Shown here: positions 1 to 9,573 of the stretch, piece after piece
Layout of the letters: each line of letters starts with the position of its first letter
How positions within the stretch are numbered: the stretch's first letter is position 1
From: a virus
Taxonomy: Duplodnaviria > Caudoviricetes
DNA: 64,000 bases
Strand: one strand, 5' to 3'
Virus record (IMG/VR): IMGVR_UViG_2609460327_000001
Location: 32,001 to 96,000 of that record
The notes under the pieces: generated by a model
Database searches by the model: none
What the model saw: the letters and a program-made list of their open reading frames with translations, nothing else
Told to the model about the DNA's origin: nothing
Program-made: the position numbers and the translations under genes

Positions 1-474
1 AGTAGGCTGAAACTCTCCCATTTCATCACGAACACTCTGATCAATAGGGATCGGGTTCGTGAAACGGCAAATAGCTTCGACAAAGCAAAGAGCACCATTA
101 TCATCATAGACCGGGCTCAGCTTAACTGTATAAGACTCTCCCGTGTTGCCGCGACTGATAAAGTCTACTGTTTCCCCGTTCCATGCGCGGAAATAGCAAT
201 CCCGCACATGTTCCAGGTTATCTAAAGGCATAAACTCTTTTGAAAGCTCCCTGCCAAGGAATTGATGCGAAGTCACTCCAACTCTGCAACAAAATTCGCA
301 GTCCACTTCAACATGTAATAACTTACCTTTGACCATAGCGATGCGGTAATATGATTCATCCAAACAAGGTCTCTCATAATTATCCAGCATCATAGAAAGG
401 TTATCGCAAAATTCATCCTCAATCCGCTCCTTCACTAAACCGCTAAAGGATGGATTGCTTGAAAATTGAACCAT
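1..474 (-). CDS. PAS-like domain protein (runs off the left edge of the window; absent from the ORF track)
   Basis: Manual translation is open from ATG 474 (RBS AAGGAG) to position 1: MVQFSSNPSF...FLGRELSKEFMP...CYFRAWNGETVDF...YTVKLSPVYDDNGALCFVEAI. This matches the PAS beta-sheet pattern. Confidence 0.6.
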   Translation of the reverse strand, partial: MVQFSSNPSFSGLVKERIEDEFCDNLSMMLDNYERPCLDESYYRIAMVKGKLLHVEVDCEFCCRVGVTSHQFLGRELSKEFMPLDNLEHVRDCYFRAWNGETVDFISRGNTGESYTVKLSPVYDDNGALCFVEAICRFTNPIPIDQSVRDEMGEFQPT

Positions 475-610
475 TAATTGCTCCTTAAAATTCTCAATCG
501 TGCTGCTTTTTCCGCTCATAACGGCACTTGCAACCCATCTTGCAAAAGTATCGGATGTGCGATTTGATTTGGTCAAAAGATTAAGCATGTGGACGTGTTC
601 CCCCTCGAAC

Positions 611-1249
611 TTAGTGTGTCTTTACGAGATAGGCTCGAACGCCATCACCAATGTCCGTGATTCCTACGAATTGACCGTCATTAAACGGATTCACTCCATC
701 TGTGTTGATTTGTTTCAACTCATTCTGCAGCGAAGCTAATGATTCGTTCAAAGCGCGGATCTCCTCATTCTTTGCATCGAGCTGAACATACAGCTGCTTC
801 TTCTCCGTTTTCAACTGATGAATCTCCTTATCACGATTCACTAGAAGCTTTTCAAACCGCTGTAAATGACTGTTCAATTTGTCAGCCAGATTGAGTATTT
901 CAGACACTTGTTCTTCTTCATTAGGCAAGCCTAAGAAGACATACTCGTGTGGTGTCGTGCTATCAGGCGACTGTCTAATATCAATTATGCCTTCAGCTTT
1001 CAAACGATTAACCGCGCGTGAAATCGTTGCGGTGCTAATGGCAGAACCTTTTTTGCTTTTGGAACTTGCGCCGCCCACGGAATGAACTTTTCGGACAGAG
1101 ATGCGATCCTTAAACATTTCGCTAATGCTTTCAGCCATTTGAATCATAGATTCTTGTACGGATCCCTGTTCTTCTGTTTTAAGCTTTATATACTCATAAA
1201 CTAACATTTCATTCTTCGTCAGGCGACTTTCCAGATAATTTTCAGACAC
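611..1249 (-). CDS. Winged-HTH DNA-binding protein with C-terminal coiled coil
   Basis: ISTATISRAVNRLKAEGIIDI resembles a wHTH recognition helix and wing, followed by a heptad-rich segment. The start is moved to GTG 1249 by the GAGGAGG RBS. Confidence 0.7.
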   Translation of the reverse strand: MSENYLESRLTKNEMLVYEYIKLKTEEQGSVQESMIQMAESISEMFKDRISVRKVHSVGGASSKSKKGSAISTATISRAVNRLKAEGIIDIRQSPDSTTPHEYVFLGLPNEEEQVSEILNLADKLNSHLQRFEKLLVNRDKEIHQLKTEKKQLYVQLDAKNEEIRALNESLASLQNELKQINTDGVNPFNDGQFVGITDIGDGVRAYLVKTH

Positions 1250-1291
1250 GACTTCATCCTCCTCGCAATTTTGCATCGCCTTTTGGCACAA

Positions 1292-1365
1292 AGCAACGCA
1301 ATACAATTTCACTTGTTACGATAAAGTATAACACGTTACAAAGTGAAAAGATATAATGCGTTACA
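1292..1365. promoter_or_regulatory. Three degenerate copies of the TGTAAnGCnTTACA operator upstream of the wHTH gene
   Basis: AGCAACGCAATACA (~1292), TATAACACGTTACA (1327-1340), TATAATGCGTTACA (1352-1365). Confidence 0.55.
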
Positions 1366-1532
1366 TTTTTGCAACGGCTATCTCGCGAAAGAGGCATTTT
1401 ACTCTGTATACCTAGGGATTTTGCGCGATACAAAGGAAAAAGCAAGGTTAAAAAAAGGCTGGACAGTATCCCGAAAGAAAGGAGTAAACTGACCAGCCTC
1501 AACTGAACATTTATTTTCAGTTAATTGCTATC

Positions 1533-1946
1533 TTAAGTTCGAGTGACCGACTTAGAGCCGGTCACTCTTTCTTGTGCTATTAATTTTTCAATGTCCATAT
1601 TCATATTCAAAATAAAAACAGAGAATCCGCCTTCTGTATTAAGTTTCAGATAAGAGTCTGTAACTTCAAGATCTGAGTGAATCGAAGCAAGTGTGACGCT
1701 AATCATAGGGAGAAGAATTTTTTTATAGTCTTCAATCATGGCATGCGTTACATTTGATATTTCAAGATGCTTGTACATTAGCTTTTCTAACTGCGTCATT
1801 TCTAGCCTGCAACGAATTACAATCATGGAATCTATAATGCGAACTCTGCATTCTGTAGGACCCCGCCCAATGACTTTCTTTCCGATTCTGGCGGATTCCA
1901 TAGCAAGATTCTTCTCTAGCTGTCTTATTTCCATTGCTAAAACCAC
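1533..1946 (-). CDS. DUF2294 / MpsC-family protein
   Basis: IGKKVIGRGPTECRVRIIDSMIVI...MTQLEK matches the 'GRGP' motif of DUF2294. Confidence 0.65.
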   Translation of the reverse strand: MVLAMEIRQLEKNLAMESARIGKKVIGRGPTECRVRIIDSMIVIRCRLEMTQLEKLMYKHLEISNVTHAMIEDYKKILLPMISVTLASIHSDLEVTDSYLKLNTEGGFSVFILNMNMDIEKLIAQERVTGSKSVTRT

Positions 1947-2073
1947 GCTTCTGCTCGATCCCGCAAGAATCCTCTTGTTTCCTGCGATTATCGATTACTT
2001 TTTTGATTATAAATACTTTGTCGTATAGTGTCAACGAAATATTGGAAATTCCATGAAAAATTTATAACGAGGC

Positions 2074-2316
2074 TTACTTTCTTTCCCAAATATGAAAGTT
2101 GTGTATCGCGGCGTCCAATTCAACATCGTAAATGCCTCGTATTTTAGCGATAGCCCTGATCTCATCCACATTGTAGATGCGATAACTATGGCGTGGACTG
2201 TTTTTAATAGAACGTCTAGCTCTGGGAATTAGATTTCTTTCCTCCCAGTACTTGATCGTATCCTTATGAACGCCAAGGATCTTGGCTGCTTCGTTGATAG
2301 TGTAGTCCTTGCTCAT
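2074..2316 (-). CDS. MerR-family HTH DNA-binding protein
   Basis: YTINEAAKILGVHKDTIKYWEERNLIP.ARR...YRIY is a classical MerR HTH. Confidence 0.85.
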   Translation of the reverse strand: MSKDYTINEAAKILGVHKDTIKYWEERNLIPRARRSIKNSPRHSYRIYNVDEIRAIAKIRGIYDVELDAAIHNFHIWERK

Positions 2317-2891
2317 GCTGTCCTCATCCCCTGTAAAACATTTAAAATATAGTTAAACTGCCCCCGAAGCGTGTCTAAAACAATCGCCTCTTCTGCATCA
2401 GCAAATGAATATGTTGCTAATGCATGTGTATATGGCGCTATCTGAACATACTGACCAAACTGAGGTTGTTGCATAATTGTACTAGAAATCTTGTATCCTA
2501 AACAAACTATAATAGAGGGGCGAACTGTTAAAATCTCACCGGTAAGATGATGGGCACATTTGGCGGAGTCTTGGGACTCTGAGCATTTTGTAAGGGAAGT
2601 TAAATAGACGTCTTTAAGATCAATACCCATTTCAACCAATAATTTACCAAGTTTTCCGCCTCGCTTGCCATCATACAAAACATCGTCGGGAGTCTCCCCG
2701 ACGATCATAATTGAAGCATCAAAATTGTTGAGAGGCAGCGGCTTGGTAAGTTTAGCAAACGGACATAATCTGCAGTTTTGTATATCTTGACGCAACATGT
2801 CATGAGATTGTTGCAGCATACACTCCTGCGGCATATCATTAAGCAATTCATTATAGTAAACTGGTTTTTCGGCCGCTGCCATATCAACCAC
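2313..2891 (-). CDS. Uracil-DNA glycosylase family 4-like protein
   Basis: C-x2-C (CRLC), IMIVGETP, VYLTSLTKC, C..HL..EI..VRPSIIVCLG. Confidence 0.7.
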   Translation of the reverse strand: MVDMAAAEKPVYYNELLNDMPQECMLQQSHDMLRQDIQNCRLCPFAKLTKPLPLNNFDASIMIVGETPDDVLYDGKRGGKLGKLLVEMGIDLKDVYLTSLTKCSESQDSAKCAHHLTGEILTVRPSIIVCLGYKISSTIMQQPQFGQYVQIAPYTHALATYSFADAEEAIVLDTLRGQFNYILNVLQGMRTA

Positions 2892-2898
2892 TCCTTAT

Positions 2899-4089
2899 TT
2901 AGAGTAATACTTCTTCTTCAGTTGCGCCTTCCAAATCATCGGGCTCCTCATCTGAATCAGATTCATCTACAAAAACAGTATCGCTTGGAATATTTCCAAG
3001 AACAAGATTATTTGTATATTCATACAGTGCTGGGCTAACTCTTAAAGCTTGAAGCAATTGCTCTTTCCCTTGCCACTTGAGTTCATTACCAGATCCATCT
3101 GTGAAAGGATTCTTTGAATCATCAGGGTCGGCACCATAAAAATAATAAGCTCCTTTACGATGAATGATATCTAAATCACAAGCGACATCCATAATATTCT
3201 TCACACGATCAACGCCACCGACCCAATAGTAATCATACTCAGCGGTTGTAAACGGAACGGCGACCTTATTCTTCTTGAAATGAAGAGTAGTTGCCAGGCC
3301 AACCTCAGATCCGCCTTTTTCGATCTTTGTAGCTTTTACTTCGATACGCATTGATGCATAAAATCTAAGAGCAAGACCGCCAGGAGTTGTATTTACTACT
3401 GCTCCTTTTAAGCCTGGCTTTTGACGAAGTTGATTAATAAAAATAAAAGTAGTTCCCGTTTTTTGAGCAGGACCTTTCAATTTACGCAGCCCTTTTCCTA
3501 ACATTCGAGCTTGAAGTCCGATCGGATTATACTCCATATCATTTTCAACTTCTGCAAGAGGCACCAACGCTGCTGCTGAATCGACTATTACAAGACCGAA
3601 CTGCTCAGATAAGCACATAGCCTCCATTAGATCAAAGGCTCCTTCCCCTGTCTCTGGTTGGTTGATCAACATCCCATTTGCCGAAGTGTCTACGCCCAAG
3701 TTAGAGACATGATAAGGGTCTAAAGCATGTTCAGCATCTATAAACCCTACCTTCTTTCCGAAGAAGGGTCCTGGAAGCTTTGCTAACTCCTGAAATTTTC
3801 CTGCAAGCATTAAGCACAAACTTGTTTTACCGGATGACTCTGGACCGTAAATCTCGATTATACGACCAGAAGGAACCCCTCCAATGCCTGTTGCAAAATC
3901 GAATGCCGGTATACCAGAAGGAATAGGAGTAACTTGAGTGCGCTCATTTCCTTCAAGTGTAAAGAAAGTGCCTTCGCCAAAGCGCTTATTAAAATCGGCT
4001 TGGATTGCTTTATTATCCATCATAACCGGATTTTTAGGCTTAGCCGATTCTTTCTCATCGTTTTTTTTAGCCTTCGTTGTTGCTGCCAT
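2899..4089 (-). CDS. recA: RecA recombinase
   Basis: GRIIEIYGPESSGKT Walker A, FIDAEHALDP, VIVDSAAALVP, INQLR, GGLALRFYASMR, KNKVA.PF. Start at ATG 4089 after AAGGAG. Confidence 0.95.
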   Translation of the reverse strand: MAATTKAKKNDEKESAKPKNPVMMDNKAIQADFNKRFGEGTFFTLEGNERTQVTPIPSGIPAFDFATGIGGVPSGRIIEIYGPESSGKTSLCLMLAGKFQELAKLPGPFFGKKVGFIDAEHALDPYHVSNLGVDTSANGMLINQPETGEGAFDLMEAMCLSEQFGLVIVDSAAALVPLAEVENDMEYNPIGLQARMLGKGLRKLKGPAQKTGTTFIFINQLRQKPGLKGAVVNTTPGGLALRFYASMRIEVKATKIEKGGSEVGLATTLHFKKNKVAVPFTTAEYDYYWVGGVDRVKNIMDVACDLDIIHRKGAYYFYGADPDDSKNPFTDGSGNELKWQGKEQLLQALRVSPALYEYTNNLVLGNIPSDTVFVDESDSDEEPDDLEGATEEEVLL

Positions 4090-4453
4090 GATTGTACACT
4101 CCTTTATAGTTGACGATAAAATCATCAACCCCTACTTTTATCTTGTGCAGGTCGCCAATAGCGGCGCGGAGTGTTGCAATCAAATGTTCGTCTCCAGCCG
4201 CTACGGCTGACTCTAATTCTGTTGTTAACGCTCGGCCTCGGGCCTGAAGCGTTCTGGAAAAGAACTGTGCAGAAATCACCTGGGCATGATCCGGAATATC
4301 CTTATCATCTTTGATCATGTTGTGAATCTTGGTTAAAGATTCTTCATACATGCGCCCTTTCGCTCCCTGCACGTTCATCCCCTTATCCCGATAGAATGAG
4401 AAGATGCCGTGCAGGAAGCGTGAAATGGCTTCTGCAGGTTTATGCTGAGACAT
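4067..4453 (-). CDS. Hypothetical protein
   Basis: 128-aa ORF with an RBS, coupled between the SSB and recA genes. Confidence 0.6.
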   Translation of the reverse strand: MSQHKPAEAISRFLHGIFSFYRDKGMNVQGAKGRMYEESLTKIHNMIKDDKDIPDHAQVISAQFFSRTLQARGRALTTELESAVAAGDEHLIATLRAAIGDLHKIKVGVDDFIVNYKGVYNHGSNNEG

Positions 4454-4476
4454 AATGCATCACCTGCTTAAAAGGA

Positions 4477-5241
4477 TTAGCGTTGCGGTGCGCCGAATGG
4501 TGGTTGGAAATTACCTTGTGGCGGCTGGTTTTGAGGCATGCCTCCTTGTTGTGGGGCGCCAAATCCTGCAGGTTGTTGCTGACCAAATCCATTTTGTTGC
4601 TGGTTAAATCCTTGTTGATTACCCCAAGCAGGAGCGCCTTGTTGAGGCTGTTGCGGTTGCTGTTGGAACCCACCTTGCTGAGGCTGTTGCTGTTGGAAGC
4701 CTCCAGCTTGTTGCTGGCCAAACCCTTGTTGCGGCTGTTGCTGATAACCCTGTTGCTGGAATCCTCCGCCTTGTTGCTGTTGTTGACCAAAGCCGCCTTG
4801 TTGTTGATTAGATCCATTACCAGATTGATTGTTATTGCTAGAACCCAGACCTTGGATTTTGCTAACTTTGATGGTCGGAAACATACGGCCATCTGTGTTT
4901 TTCTTCAGCATTGGAATACCTTTGATGAAGAGTTGGCGACCCTTATAGCAGTGTTCCATCAGAAATTTAAAGTTACCGTCACGGTCGCCGTTCGCCCAAA
5001 CTTCAAGATTCCAATAATCCGGTTCAGATTGACCTTGGTGATTAACAGCTACACTTGCATTAGCAACTTTAGAATCTCCAACAGCTCTTGCATAAGCATG
5101 TACGCGATCGCCGTTTTGATTGTTTGGATCCTTTACAGTAGCCAAATTAACGATGAGCTCGATTTCTGCGTGGGAAGGCATGCTGTTCCCCTGATTGTTA
5201 TTTCCTTGTTGACCTTGACCATTATTTTGATAGTTAGACAT
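4477..5241 (-). CDS. ssb: Single-stranded DNA-binding protein with a long Q/G/F-rich tail
   Basis: OB-fold-like N-terminus (VANASVAVN...YWNLEVW...KGRQLFIKG), a low-complexity QQQGGF tail and a GAGGAGG RBS. Confidence 0.7.
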   Translation of the reverse strand: MSNYQNNGQGQQGNNNQGNSMPSHAEIELIVNLATVKDPNNQNGDRVHAYARAVGDSKVANASVAVNHQGQSEPDYWNLEVWANGDRDGNFKFLMEHCYKGRQLFIKGIPMLKKNTDGRMFPTIKVSKIQGLGSSNNNQSGNGSNQQQGGFGQQQQQGGGFQQQGYQQQPQQGFGQQQAGGFQQQQPQQGGFQQQPQQPQQGAPAWGNQQGFNQQQNGFGQQQPAGFGAPQQGGMPQNQPPQGNFQPPFGAPQR

Positions 5242-5277
5242 GTGAAAGTCCTCCTCAAGAGTAATTTAATTTATAAT

Positions 5278-5305
5278 TTCAAAAAGCCTATGGAGCGTTA
5301 GCGAC
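5278..5305 (-). promoter_or_regulatory. Conserved intergenic element CTAACG-N7-GGCTTTTTGAA (copy 1 of 7)
   Basis: The minus strand reads GGTCGCTAACGCTCCATAGGCTTTTTGAA. Near-identical copies lie at 15778-15806 and 28284-28312. Confidence 0.6.
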
Positions 5306-5485
5306 CTAATACGAAAGCTTGTAGAGAATACGTTTTTCCTCATGAACAATAGAAGTTAAAGTAAGTATGTGATCTGAATTATCGCTAAAATGTGCAGCGA
5401 AGCGATCACCAATTTCTATATCTCGTTCAACAGGATACATGAAGTGCTGTTCGGTGCCGTCTGGCAAAACAAACACATTTCTCAT
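5306..5485 (-). CDS. Small hypothetical protein (59 aa, below the ORF-track cutoff)
   Basis: MRNVFVLPDGTEQHF...YKLSY*. It has a GGAG RBS and an ATGA overlap with the upstream gene. Confidence 0.6.
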   Translation of the reverse strand: MRNVFVLPDGTEQHFMYPVERDIEIGDRFAAHFSDNSDHILTLTSIVHEEKRILYKLSY

Positions 5486-5823
5486 ACCAGTAGCTCCATA
5501 TCATAGGCAACAACTGAAAACTCTTTTTTAGGCAGCTTATCGATTACGTTTAAAATTCCGTCAATACACAGGTAGCTGCCAACTTCGATGATATCTTTGA
5601 AATTCTGATATACATCATCAGCGATAATCACTCGGATCTCACCTATGTAGTCGTCAATAACAAATGATCGAATCGAAGATTCATTATCGAAAATAGGTAA
5701 TAAAGGCGTCAAACTGACAGAAGTAATTTTGCCAGCAATCTTAACTTCACTGAGGTACTCACCGTCTTTTAATTGTTCAGAAAAATGCGTAACCACAGAC
5801 TGTATCTTATTAATTGTTGCCAT
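5482..5823 (-). CDS. OB-fold nucleic-acid-binding protein (DnaE C-terminal OB-like)
   Basis: VKIAGKITSV...FVIDDYIGEIRVII...Y..FKDIIEVGSYLCIDG. Confidence 0.65.
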   Translation of the reverse strand: MATINKIQSVVTHFSEQLKDGEYLSEVKIAGKITSVSLTPLLPIFDNESSIRSFVIDDYIGEIRVIIADDVYQNFKDIIEVGSYLCIDGILNVIDKLPKKEFSVVAYDMELLV

Positions 5824-6082
5824 GCAATCTCACCTGCTCGTTGTATGTTTTCCATGCTTCGTCAAGCAGATCATTCAATTCATCTTCGCGAATGATTCCT
5901 CGTTTAATGAGAACGTTGAGTAATACATTGCTGATTACATAAGAAGATTGAAGCAGATCTTCTCTTCTAAGAGATACGAAAGGTTTCTCTTCTCTTGATG
6001 CAGGTATAAGATTGTCAAACAAATCACCCTGTCCATCTATAGGCATGTTAGTTCCTCCTCGGGCAGATCGCCCTCTCCTCAT
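5810..6082 (-). CDS. Hypothetical protein
   Basis: ORF in the operon; probable start MPIDGQ after GAGGAGG. Confidence 0.55.
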   Translation of the reverse strand: MRRGRSARGGTNMPIDGQGDLFDNLIPASREEKPFVSLRREDLLQSSYVISNVLLNVLIKRGIIREDELNDLLDEAWKTYNEQVRLHGNN

Positions 6083-6094
6083 AATTTGCAGTGA

Positions 6095-6817
6095 TTATAA
6101 TTTCTCTGGTGTAGAGATAATCCTCACCTTGACTTCGTGCTTTCCGTATCTAGTACGGTCAGAAGCATCGGGCACATAGATATCAATTTTGTGGCCTTTA
6201 ATAGCCCCACCAGTATCGTCAGCGCGCCGCTTCTCTACTCTGCCGTCTGGATACATGACTTCGACCCACGATCCAATTGGGATCAATCTCGGGTCTACTG
6301 CAATCGTAACACCAGCCTCTACTTTCCGACCGGAGAATGTCACTCCATAAGCCGGATGGCCGGGTCCCTTACCTGTAGATGCCTCGTTTGCATCATAGTA
6401 CGTGGCAATGTAAGACGAACCGGTGCCTTCATCCCAATTCAGTTGCCTGGTCTGGGAATTAGCACTTTGCTTTGCTTGTTCTTTTTCGCTCGAAAGCTTC
6501 TCAATTTTCTGAGTGAACAAACGATTTTGCACTTCCAGCTGCTCCTTGAACTGCTCATTTTCTTCTGCTCTTTTTTCCTTAACGGTATTGAGCTGATAGG
6601 CCAATTCATTGTTCTGCTTTTTCAAAATTTCCTGATCGTTCAGCACCTCCTGCTGAGTGTCGATCAGAAGCTTCTGGTTAGCTACAGTCTGGTTTAAGTC
6701 ATGTATCGTGTTTCTCTTTTCTTGCAAGCTACTATCCGCTCTTTGAACGCTAGTAACAAGTGCGGCAGCAAGTAGGACATTAATGACGCCCATCGTATAA
6801 AAATTACGATGTTTCAT
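6095..6817 (-). CDS. 3D-domain (MltA-like) cell-wall hydrolase with membrane anchor and coiled coil
   Basis: ATYY...GVTFSG...IAVDPRLIPIGS...ADDTGGAIKGHKIDIY is the 3D domain. The N-terminus has a hydrophobic helix. Confidence 0.9.
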   Translation of the reverse strand: MKHRNFYTMGVINVLLAAALVTSVQRADSSLQEKRNTIHDLNQTVANQKLLIDTQQEVLNDQEILKKQNNELAYQLNTVKEKRAEENEQFKEQLEVQNRLFTQKIEKLSSEKEQAKQSANSQTRQLNWDEGTGSSYIATYYDANEASTGKGPGHPAYGVTFSGRKVEAGVTIAVDPRLIPIGSWVEVMYPDGRVEKRRADDTGGAIKGHKIDIYVPDASDRTRYGKHEVKVRIISTPEKL

Positions 6818-6878
6818 TCTGTTTCCACCTCGCTTTGTTCGGTTGTCGTAAGATATCATAGCATTATACCCCATGTTT

Positions 6879-6927
6879 TGCAATGCATTACAAAATAAAA
6901 GTACTACATATAATGTAATGCGTTACA
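6879..6927. promoter_or_regulatory. Two copies of the palindromic operator
   Basis: TGCAATGCATTACA (6879-6892) and TGTAATGCGTTACA (6914-6927), upstream of the 3D gene. Confidence 0.65.
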
Positions 6928-7011
6928 ATATAGGCGATAATCTTGGAGATATTAGGTTGTGATATTAGAATAGGTCAAAAATGCTCTGTTATACGAATTA
7001 ATATTACAGAT

Positions 7012-8229
7012 TTAAACAAGATCCTCCACTTGCTGAAGGCTTGAGGACTTTGTGTGTTTTGTTGTCACCCAAACTTTCTTAGAAAAAGTCAAGAATGACC
7101 AAAAATAAAGCGGAATATTAGATAGGCTAATTAGGTTTAAATAGAAGTAAGCCTTAAAGGTATTCACCTTATGTTTTGCATCCTTTAATGAGATATGGAT
7201 ATACATAAAATTAGAAAGAAGCATAAATGTGTAAACCCACATAGGAATAATCGTATCGTATAAAGTGTGGCCAAAAACCAAAGCTATATAGAAAAATGAA
7301 GACATGATAAAAGCGGCAGCAATTCTTCCTGGATTAAGCAGATAAAGAACGCTGTCAAATGCAGATAGGTCTCCCTTTATGAATGCTCTTTTAAGCAGGG
7401 GGGCAGTATATTTAAAGCATACATCCCAATGCCCTCTCGACCAGCGAAGACGCTGAATACAGCTGTCTTTAAAGCCAGTAGGCTTCTCGTCGTATACTTT
7501 AGCATGGTGGCACCACGTTGTTTTCACGCCTCTAAGGAGAGCCTGCATTGTAAATTCTAGGTCTTCAGTCAAGCTCTTAGCTGTCCAGCCTACTTCACGA
7601 AATACGTTCATCTCTACACAGAATCCAGTGCCGCCGATCACGTTACTGAGTCCAAGACGTGATTTGGCCAATTGCCATGATCTGTTCATTACACGAAAGC
7701 TTGTATCGAATGCGATCGTTACAAAGTTGTCTGTAGGATTTTTCGTGTCTATGTAGCATTGAACGATTTTCTCTCCAGCACAAAGGTGATTGTTCATTTG
7801 TTCAAGATAATTTCTCGAAACAAGATTGTCTGCATCAAATACACAGATTGCATCATACTGATTCAGATCGACTGTTTCAATCGCATAACGAATAGCATAG
7901 GGCTTTCCTTTTTTCTCCCCTGGGAGATAAAAATGCTCAAGGACCATTACATCCTTGGATCTACCTATCTCTGCTGTGTTGTCTTGACAGTTGTCAGCAA
8001 TTAAGCAGATATCATATAGATGATCAGGATAGTCTATTTGCTTAAGATTTTCCAAGATGTCAGATATGACAGCCGCCTCGTTATTCGCAGGAATTAGAAG
8101 CAAAAATCGGTTTTCAGGCGCATGATTCGCTAACTTCTTTGCTTTGCCGAAGCCGAATAGACCAATGACAAACCAATAGCTTAACCAAAGGAAAATGACA
8201 ATCTGCATCACTTCGAAAAAAGTCTTCAA
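7012..8229 (-). CDS. Membrane-integrated processive glycosyltransferase family 2
   Basis: LIPANNE, ADNCQD, FDADN (DxD), TEDL, QRLRW (QxxRW), with N- and C-terminal TM helices. Confidence 0.92.
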   Translation of the reverse strand: MKTFFEVMQIVIFLWLSYWFVIGLFGFGKAKKLANHAPENRFLLLIPANNEAAVISDILENLKQIDYPDHLYDICLIADNCQDNTAEIGRSKDVMVLEHFYLPGEKKGKPYAIRYAIETVDLNQYDAICVFDADNLVSRNYLEQMNNHLCAGEKIVQCYIDTKNPTDNFVTIAFDTSFRVMNRSWQLAKSRLGLSNVIGGTGFCVEMNVFREVGWTAKSLTEDLEFTMQALLRGVKTTWCHHAKVYDEKPTGFKDSCIQRLRWSRGHWDVCFKYTAPLLKRAFIKGDLSAFDSVLYLLNPGRIAAAFIMSSFFYIALVFGHTLYDTIIPMWVYTFMLLSNFMYIHISLKDAKHKVNTFKAYFYLNLISLSNIPLYFWSFLTFSKKVWVTTKHTKSSSLQQVEDLV

Positions 8230-8264
8230 TGAACTAACCTCCGTTGTTATAAGAATTGAGAAAT

Positions 8265-8305
8265 AAAAAAGCCGGCAGCCCTCAAAATGAGAGCCACCGG
8301 CTTTT
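8265..8305 (-). terminator. Intrinsic terminator after the ThiF gene
   Basis: AAAAAAGCCGG...CCGGCTTTT stem with flanking A/T tracts. Confidence 0.75.
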
Positions 8306-8313
8306 ATTGTGTA

Positions 8314-9129
8314 TTATGCTGTAACTAAACGGACATTTTCTGCTAAAGCGAATTGTCCTGCAGTAATATATTCAGAGCGTGTTGATAATAGTCTTGCGTT
8401 GAAATTTGTTACATGACTGATAAGAGTGCGTGAGCCTAATATGTTATTTAGATAGCCAGCCATAACGAGAGCTGCCATTTCATTTGTCATCATGCGCTGC
8501 GGTTGATTAGCCACAATATCCCCGCAGGACTCTGTAGGGAGCTTTGATTCCGTATCTGTTAAGATATCTTCATATAGATCTCCAACCGGCTGTAGCACTA
8601 CTTTTCCGCTTAATTTAAGACCGCAAACAATCTGTCCAGAATATCCTGAAGCTGGATCATCTTCATCGTAAGGATCAATTCCACTATCAATGTAGATAAT
8701 ATCGCCTGTGCAGCTATGAAAGTATTCATGCATGATCTTGCGTGTTGCATGATTATCAACACAGCCGATAAGAATCTTTACCCGATGACCCCCAATGCTA
8801 AATGCTTCTTCAATACTTTGAATAGATTCAATGTACTCATCCTTATAATGAATCGGAAAGTCATAAACATTCCCATAACGATCAGCTAACACTTGAGACT
8901 TTACAAAACCAATATCTTCTTCGATGCATGGTTGCCGCAGGAGATTCTTCTCTTCAAATCGATCCCCATCAATAAGCGTATAAGTAAAGCGAAAAACTGG
9001 ATTCGTCTGCAGGAAAGATTTAAGCATTTTTGAAAGACGCTGGGTTAAATATCCTCCATTACCTCCGACGCCAATCTGAACAATAGAAAATCCTGATAAA
9101 GAATCAGCTACATTGATTTCCTTGATCAT
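8314..9129 (-). CDS. ThiF/E1-like ubiquitin-activating enzyme (PRTRC ThiF-like)
   Basis: IGVGGNG nucleotide-binding loop, DGDRFEEKNLLRQ, K..VLA.RY, IGCVDNHATR, YIDSG, and a candidate catalytic Cys in ESC. Confidence 0.9.
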   Translation of the reverse strand: MIKEINVADSLSGFSIVQIGVGGNGGYLTQRLSKMLKSFLQTNPVFRFTYTLIDGDRFEEKNLLRQPCIEEDIGFVKSQVLADRYGNVYDFPIHYKDEYIESIQSIEEAFSIGGHRVKILIGCVDNHATRKIMHEYFHSCTGDIIYIDSGIDPYDEDDPASGYSGQIVCGLKLSGKVVLQPVGDLYEDILTDTESKLPTESCGDIVANQPQRMMTNEMAALVMAGYLNNILGSRTLISHVTNFNARLLSTRSEYITAGQFALAENVRLVTA

Positions 9130-9136
9130 AATATAA

Positions 9137-9562
9137 TCACCCCTTTTTCGGTGCTTTGGTTACATTTGGAATGATATATTTCTGCTCCTTATCAATCATC
9201 ATTTCAGTGCGGTCTTTAGAAAATTGAGGATACTCCATTTCCAAGTACTGTCGCACTTTTTCCAATGTTAATCCGTCTTCTGGAACGGGAATGCGCTTAT
9301 CGTAAACGAGACATACCCAATTCGTATCATATTTGACAGGATCAGTCGGTGATGGCTTTGTAGCATTGACTTTAGGCTTTGAAGATTTTGATTTTGGAGT
9401 TGCTGCAGCAATAGGCTCACCAAAGAGATCATACTCAACATTAGCGTCTTTGCTTTCTGCCTCGTCTTCTGGTTCTTCTGGCTCCACTGATTTCATCATA
9501 TAATCGAGCTGCTTTTGTTTTTCTAATTCCTCATTGTTTTCTTGCTCTTGAATAAAATCCAT
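9137..9562 (-). CDS. Prokaryotic ubiquitin-like protein (PRTRC protein C-like) with an acidic N-terminal extension
   Basis: It lies between E2 and E1. The C-terminal ~65-aa compact domain (P..GLTLEKVRQYLEMEYPQF) ends in ...KKG-COOH. Confidence 0.7.
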   Translation of the reverse strand: MDFIQEQENNEELEKQKQLDYMMKSVEPEEPEDEAESKDANVEYDLFGEPIAAATPKSKSSKPKVNATKPSPTDPVKYDTNWVCLVYDKRIPVPEDGLTLEKVRQYLEMEYPQFSKDRTEMMIDKEQKYIIPNVTKAPKKG

Positions 9563-9573
9563 GATAATTCCTC

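Noticed and set aside
4483-5301. 272-aa plus-strand Leu-rich ORF and CAG/CAA repeats
   Set aside because: It is the antisense shadow of the Gln-rich SSB tail and has no RBS.
6914-6927. TGTAATGCGTTACA as a CcpA cre site
   Set aside because: cre has a central CG (TGWNANCGNTNWCA), whereas these copies almost all have a central GC.
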